From contig JABANN010000038.1 in assembly GCA_013115125.1 (NCBI GenBank), positions 62,001 through 111,242 of the forward strand: a stretch of DNA of 49,242 nucleotides. The letters run 5' to 3'. Source of the DNA: Perkinsus olseni (lineage: Eukaryota). The notes under the pieces are model-generated. The model worked only from the letters and a program-made list of their open reading frames with translations, made no database searches and had not been told where the DNA came from. Of this stretch, positions 42,601 to 49,242 are shown piece after piece (within the stretch, counting starts at the first letter, position 1; the number at the start of each line of letters is the position of its first letter). The position numbers were made by a program, and so were the translations under genes.

Positions 42601-45600
42601 TACTTCATCGACGTAGTACTCGCAGAACCGTGCTCGTATGCCAGCTGGGAGCGGTTTCTTAGCAGGCCCAAGGTGACTCGGGTTCATGCAGGCGAATAGG
42701 CGGAAGTCCGGATGAATGGGAATCTTCACGCCGGCTCCGCCGGCCTCATGCACTTCGAAGTACTTGGGGCTCTCCTCCGTGCTCGCGCCCTGCTCCAAGA
42801 GGCCCGCTATACGCTGGAGGACATCTCCCGGAGCCAGGTTTATTTCATCCAGGACCAGCCAGGCGCCAGTTCGTAAAGCCGTGAGTAGCTGACCCTCGAC
42901 GAACTCGAATCTCAAGGATACCTGTGACAAGCAGTGCTGCTATCCGGAACTCCTACTACGAACCAGCGTTCACCAGCACCTTCCTGCATTACTTTAGTCT
43001 CCGTCGCCGCCTTACACTCCTGTGCAAGCTTCTTCCATTCCTCTTCCTCTCTACCAGCTGCCAGCGCCTTCTTGCACGTTTGCGTTATTATCGCGAGCGC
43101 CTTCGCTCCGCCTTTTTTCTGTGCTACTTTGTCAACATGCGCCGCCAATGCCGCATTGGACTTCTTCGAAAATGTCTTGTCCATAAGAATGTGCCAACGC
43201 TTGATCAAGTCACCCGCGTCGATCGGCAAGGGCTTGAGGCCTCCGATGAGCTCTTGTGCCTCGCTCTGGTCGGAAAAGTTGTACACCATCAGCTCTCGAT
43301 TGAGCATGCGTGCAAGGCACTGGACCGTAGTAGTTTTACCACACCCAGTATCACCAACCAACAAAGCTGGCTCGTTATATACGACGCACTTGGCCAGGAA
43401 CTCTAGCAACCTCCTATGAACCTGTTACAACGAGTTCCTCTAGATTTTGATAAGCTCGCTGACCGCTTACGCTCGTGAGGGAGTATTCTTCCAAAACTGA
43501 GCTCCCTCTGTCCTCGTTCTCTGACACCTTCCTTACCAACGGCTCTACGTCAGTACCGATGGACACATTCGAGCGATCCAGAGACACCTCAGGGGCGCTA
43601 TCCGATGCAGCGGAGCCGGAGGGAAGCGAGAGAGACTGAGAAGCGTAACCACTCACACAGAGAGCTTGGTTGAACAGGATCGAAAACGTCATCACGACGA
43701 CGAAGACACGGTGAGTGATATCGGCATGAACAGTATTCAACATCGATACCGCTGCATATCACAGTACTTCACAAGTATATCGCGCTAGCCAAACAAAGGA
43801 ATGCCGATCCTTGCCTATTACCTCCCTCAGAGCATTATACACTTCTTCTCGAGCCTCCTGGTCGAACACGTGTGCTACCCACACAGCATAGAGCTCCCTG
43901 GCAATACGCAACCTCGTATTCTCCGCTAATGGCCAGCGATGAGGCCACTTTTTCGACAGCGGCCCCAGGCGTTCTATAGCTCGACTGAAATCTTTCGGCG
44001 TCAGCCTCCTCGTCACGCCTTGTTCTTCCATAGCTGCATTAACTCTTCGATATGCCTCAGCTATCGCCTCGCCCCAGGCCGGAAAGACCAGCGTTCTAAT
44101 ATCCAATCGATGGGCTACCCACGAGGACCATCACGAGTACTACTTAGCGGCAATATACGTCTCCATCTCTTCTCCAGTCATCGGCGGCATCATCACATGA
44201 GTCCATGCTTGCAGCGAAGTCGCAGAAGCTAGTAACAAGTCAAGAGACGAGCCAATACCCGCCTGGCTGGAAGCCACCGATGATACAGTTCCTACACAAG
44301 GACAGTGGCTTGTACCACTAGATCAGAACACCAGTAAACTCGTTACACTGGAACCACTCTAAGACAGAGGAGTGAGTTCGACTTAACGACGAAGAACAAG
44401 AGGCGTTCATGAGCGTATTTGATGAACCGGAGTCGGTTGTGATGTGCGAACAGTCAGGAATGAATCTCCGATCCAACGGGACAAAATTATAACTAATCCT
44501 ATGATAACGCACAGCACTTCCTCATCATGGTTTATGAAGAACCCTTACTCGCTACTACCAATAAGGACAAAGTCCGGGTGGATCCTCAGAGTCCGATTCT
44601 GCTCGAGCACAAGATAGCCGGTGTCATCATCACTGGGGCTCGGTAAGATAGCGAGGACATCACTCGACACCTTATCGATGTCTTCTATCACCACCCATGA
44701 CCCTTCAACCTGACCACACGTATGCTAACCCATCCTCTTTCATGCGCCAATACTACCATAGCCTTAGCTAGCACTCCCATCTGCCACTCGAACCTCCCAG
44801 GTTTGTTAGGGACTTGTTGAAAGCCCCCAATAAGGGACTTGGGATCGGTAGAATCATCGATGTGAAGTGTCTAAACGCCACGAGCACATTCCGAGCTCTC
44901 CTCCGCTCAGAAAATACATCAGCCTAGTACGGGTTATCCCTCACTACCACAATGTCCTTCCCTGCCGCTGCCACCTCGTGAGCTCGGTGAATGACGGTCG
45001 TTTTACCACAGCCCGAAGGACCGTGCAAGCAGAGGCACGACATCGTGGGAAGAACGTTCACCCACGTATACCTGCCACGCTACAGTACAGGCTAGATAGC
45101 GATTGCAGAATCGTTACAGATCGTTCACGGCTTTGCGCTGCCCTTTGGTCAAGTCAGCGGCTTCCACTGGCTGTTCGTCACATCCGCTGTCCATGCCGCC
45201 CATAGGACACTCATCGAGCGTTCGGACTAGTGGCTTACGGCCGAGGCCGGCGGTACCTGGAAGAGTATCGCTACTGGCGGGCGCTGCCAGACACCAGCCC
45301 TCAGCAGTCCACAAATTTTCTGGCACATGGCTGAACCTCTTTCCCCATTCAGTTTTCCCGCCCCTCATAATACCTCTAACGGTCTCCAACGCCTGCTCCG
45401 CGACGATGCTACTCTCAGCCAGGTTTTGGAGTATAGCTTGCCAGTCCCAACGACCGGCCAGCTCTCCATAAGCTGGAGAGTGAACCAGTCTCCAAAGCGT
45501 TTCGCAGAGAACAACTCTCGCAGTGCCGTCTTCAACATCAACCCCCTCCCATGGTGACTCTTCCATCTCGTTCAGTGCCCACATGGCCCGCCTTCTGGCG

Positions 45601-45815
45601 AAAGGCAATCCCAATAATACACTCAGCAACCAGATATACGTTAGGCGATTCTCGCCCGAAGCACCAGACGGGCTCTCGAACAACCTTCGTCGGCACTCGA
45701 AGGGAAGACGTGTGAAACCTTTCATGGCAAATTCGACGATTTCGTTCGTGATCGTCGCGGAGGCTCCAATGGACGACAATCGTCCATGAAGTGACGCAAG
45801 GAAGCTCCCTTCCAT
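27678..45815 (-). CDS. MDN1: Midasin (dynein-related AAA+ ATPase for 60S maturation), multi-exon
   Basis: Six AAA modules (GPSGCGKT; LVGDTGCGKTT; LEGPTGAGKTS...RINNHEHTDLQEYIG; LVGETGTGKTT...NCHQHTEPADFLG; LEGPPGTGKSS...RINISEQTEIADLVG; degenerate sixth module IGDGGSGRR), long linker, GTGLGEGSGARDVSDEIE, D/E-rich region (about 28550-31300), C-terminal MIDAS/vWA (LEPTKRGGMQGDYKTGKRLNMRKV...CLDNTKSM...VTDGRF...FPFPFY). Confidence 0.96.
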
Positions 45816-46252
45816 CTCCAAGCAGCCGGTGGAACGGAGCAGTGGAAAAGGACAAGACGGAACTACGTGAGGAGGAATCCCGAATACAGTAACGAACATA
45901 GTGCGACGACAGCAAAATCGGAATGCCAGGTATTCAATATCAAGGCATTCAATGCCGTGATATTCAGTTGTTCAGGCTTCACGGTGACGAGGTGGACTAC
46001 GATTCACAGATGTATACAGCAAAACAGAAGCCCTGTCCTTCTTTGTGTTACGCCCGATTGCCACGTCTGAATCGACTCAACGGTACGCGAAGAACACTCG
46101 GCAATCGCAGCTCCAGCCCAGGCGCAGACTCGAACTCAAGCCACTTCACTTATTAGTAGAAGTACGACGATACTCTAAGGTCCCAACACTCTTTCGCTCA
46201 TTAGCCATGAGGCACGAGTAATATCGGGTGCTAATATCGTAAAACTACGTAC

Positions 46253-46300
46253 AAAAAAAACTCCGTTCCTGGGGATCGAACCCGCGTAGAATCCCAGCCC
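46253..46300 (-). ncRNA. tRNA 3'-half-like / Pol III B-box element with T8 terminator (tRNA fragment or tRNA-derived element)
   Basis: Minus strand reads GCGGGTTCGATCCCCAGGAACGGAG-TTTTTTTT: B-box GGTTCGANNCC, an acceptor-like 3' strand and oligo-T. No complementary 5' acceptor strand was found upstream. Confidence 0.45.
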
Positions 46301-46571
46301 CATACTCCTGAATAGCGATGAAACTTCCGATTGCCCAAATTAAAGTCATCAATTTTAACTAAATAACGCAACAGCAATGGAATTGCATACTGGTGATCGA
46401 GAAACAGGGCAGCAAGAAGGCTAACTGGATTGATAGCCAGTGAAACACAAGTTCAGAATGAGAATCCCCACGGATCTCTTCCCTACAGAACAGTTCCATC
46501 AGAGTTGCGATCTGAAAGTGCATATTCCGAACTTTGAGCCAGAAGGGAGCGATTTTTTCAGTTTAACGAGA

Positions 46572-49242
46572 TCACATATCACACGAGCATGGAAGGTTAG
46601 TACTGGAACATATGCTAGGTAGCTTCCAATACTTGCAGTAGCTTCCGGGATATGCCCTATCACAATACGCATCACAAGTCAATGAAGAGGCAGGGACTGT
46701 GGTGGTGCTGGGAAGTGGTGTTGTAGTGAATTGAGACCGTGCTTTGGTAGTCGGAGTCGGATTGGTCATATTGTCACACGAGCAGGCGATATTCGTACCA
46801 GAGCAGACGGCAGGCACCTCCCAGTATTTACAGTAGCTACCACTGTGCATGGCACAGCAGAACTCATTGCCATCATTACACTGAATTGGACCACAGGTTG
46901 GCGTAGTCCTACTTTTAGTAGGATGGGCCGTAGTACTGAGGGAGCTAGTCGTCGTAGTAGTGGTTGTAGTTGTAGGAGTCGTTGTAGTGGTAGTGGTAGT
47001 GGTTGTAGGAGTCGTTGTAGTGGTAGTGGTAGTGGTTGTAGGAGTCGTCGTAGTTGTAGTCGTAGTAGGTGTCGTTGTAGTGGTAGTAGGAGTGGTCGTA
47101 GTTGTAGTCGTTGTAGTGGTAGTAGGTGTCGTTGTAGTGGTAGTAGGAGTGGTCGTACTTGTAGTAGTGGTAGTGGTTGTAGTAGTGGTAGTGGTCGTAG
47201 TAGTGGTTGTGGTTGTAGTAGTGGTAGTGGTTGTAGTAGTGGTAGTGGTGGTAGTGGTACTAGTGGTAGTGCACCCCGGACAAGGTAGGAACCGATTGGC
47301 CCACCTCACAAATCGGTCGTTTCCGAAATCGTAAATGATGAGCAAACCTTGCTGGTTCATCCTTAAAGCCCCTGAGCCCTTGTTGGTGACTTGATTGGAC
47401 TTCTTGCCTTCTCCGCAGCCGCCAGCGATGAGAAGAGGCTCGTTACACAATTCTTCAAGGCAGTGCTTGTAAACAGCATCGTCACTGTTTCTATAGTATA
47501 TATATCCCTCGGTAACCTTCGAAACCTCGAAACCAAGACGTCCAGTAGGAGTGAAGTCTTCGTAAGCCCACAGGCGCTGCGAGTGACCAACGGGCCATCT
47601 AACCACACGGGCATCTTCACCAGAACTTGGAGAATGAATAAATCATTGTTGTAGAACTTCACGCCCTTGGGTCCATCAAGATGAGTCGCGTCGTTGACAG
47701 CCTTTCCATCAGAATTGCCAGCAACACTTGTTCTTGCATATCCAGAGGCCTTGAGATCAAACCGATAAACCTGATTGGTCTTGAGATCAGAGGCATAGAA
47801 CACCGAGTCGGAGTCGTGGTCTATAACGAGATCGTTCCACTGGAAGTCGTCACTAGCAGCCTGGATAGTCTTGAACTCTCCCAGAAGCGGGGGCTGAGTG
47901 TTCCCAACCGCACCGTACATACGAATCTCGTTGTTCACAATTGCCAGAACGTACCGCGAACCAGAAGCGGCATCAGCGAAGGCGTCGATAGCAGAAGCTG
48001 TCTCTTGGAAGAGAATTTCACGGTCATCACCAGACCAGTCCATTGCCCAAACCATATCCGTGTGGGTAATATTATCAGTTCCCGAGAGGTACCAGTTATC
48101 CTTATCATCGAAGGCATAGTCGTACAGGATGATACTCTGGGGGGCAAGATAATCATAGATTATAATAGCCTCGTTTTCCTGGCACCATACTGAGGGGGGC
48201 ATAGTGGTGGAGGGGGTAGTAGTTGGGGTGAACGGTGAGCTGGTTGTACTCGGACAATGGCTGCAGTCGAGAGAAACATCTTCCCAACGCACAAATCGGT
48301 CACCACCGAAATCCCAAATGATAAGGTCGCCACTCTGATCCATCCTCAAAGCTCCTGAGCCGGCGTTAGTGAGTTGGTTCGAAGAATGTCCAGCTCCACA
48401 GCCACCAGCAAAGAGGACGACGTTAGTACACTGAGCTTCGAGACAATGCTTGTAAATAGAACCATCACCTTCCCTGTAGTAGATGAATCCGTCAGTGAAC
48501 TGTGAGATTTCGAATCCTAGGCGGCCTTCGGGTGCGAAGTCATCGTACACCAGGCGTCGGTAAGATTGACCAACGGGCCACCTCACAACATGAGCATCAT
48601 CACCAGAACCTTGGAGAACGAATAAATCATGATTGTAGAACTTCACGGCTTGGGGCCCGTCAAGATGAGTATTGTCGTCGATGGATTGGCCATCAGCGTT
48701 ACCGGCAACACTGGTCCTCTCATACCCGGGCCTAATCAGATCGAACTGGTAGACCTGGTTAGTCTTGAGATCGGAGGCGTACAAATGTGTGGACTCATGG
48801 TCAACAACGACATCAGACCATTGATAGTTATCGCTCGCGGGCTGGATCGTAGCGTACATGGCCACACCAAACTCCTCTTCCGGAGGAACCGGATTACCAG
48901 GGACGCCGTACTTCCGGATCTCGTTCTTAACAATAGCCAGAACATACTTAGAACCAGAGAAATGGTCCTTATATGCATCGATGGATTTAGCGGTACCCTC
49001 GATAACGACTTGACGGTTCTTGCCAGAAGCATCCATCGTCCACACCATGTCATCCTTGGTAGCGGAGTCGGTGCCAGACACATACCAATTGTTCTCGAAA
49101 TCGAACGCATAGTCATAGAGAGTGATACCCTCAGGAGGGAGGAAGTCGTCACCCAGTGAACTGTCACTGTACAGCCCTCCAAATAAATTTGGAATATCGT
49201 GTTTTTCTCGCCGCCAGCTCCAACTGGGACGAGTTACGAAAC
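46572..49242 (-). CDS. Tandem NHL/beta-propeller-like repeat protein with Thr-rich mucin stalk and two Cys-rich C-terminal repeats; 1-nt frameshift at about 47626; 5' end beyond window
   Basis: Two ~290-aa repeats (YDYAFD..NWY.SGTD...LYASDLKTNQVY...SVAGN...HLDGP...AGGCG.G..SNQ.TN.GSGALRM.Q.G.LII.DFG.DRFVRW), poly-Thr/Pro tract, then C...GSYCKYW..P..CS.TN..CSCD x2. Confidence 0.8.
46945..47270 (-). repeat. ACN-codon low-complexity tandem repeat encoding Thr(Pro) mucin tract
   Basis: GTA/GTG/GTT/GTC triplet array on + strand, with internal near-identical units such as GTTGTAGGAGTCGTTGTAGTGGTAGTGGTAGTG. Confidence 0.95.

Noticed and set aside
28148-45915. Many + strand and off-frame ORFs overlapping midasin
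   Set aside because: Antisense/alternate-frame shadows of a conserved coding gene; no independent motifs
46731-47334. Poly-Val (46960-47334) and Ser/Gly/Cys-rich (46731-47288) + strand ORFs
   Set aside because: Antisense shadows of the Thr codon repeat in the minus-strand gene

Overview
Gene-dense eukaryotic genomic DNA with many short (about 40-60 nt) GT-AG and occasional GC-AG introns. The intron style, gene packing and a Cys-rich surface-protein motif suggest an alveolate, most likely Perkinsus (inference). I spliced the genes by eye, so exon boundaries are approximate. Recognisable genes: a large multi-domain TIR/EF-hand/ARM/Tudor/PA14 protein (runs off the left end), a divergent intronless TFIIB-like protein, MPDU1 (PQ-loop), an ERGIC/Erv41-46 family transporter, a CAMK-group kinase, a signal-peptide class I methyltransferase, midasin (MDN1/Rea1, about 18 kb), and a tandem NHL-propeller/Thr-mucin/Cys-repeat protein with a 1-nt frameshift (runs off the right end), plus several hypothetical genes. 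The most striking item is the triple-TIR protein fused to ARM repeats and tandem PA14 glycan-binding domains, a candidate intracellular glycan-sensing TIR (SARM1-like) signalling system. No CRISPR, rRNA or clear transposon was seen.
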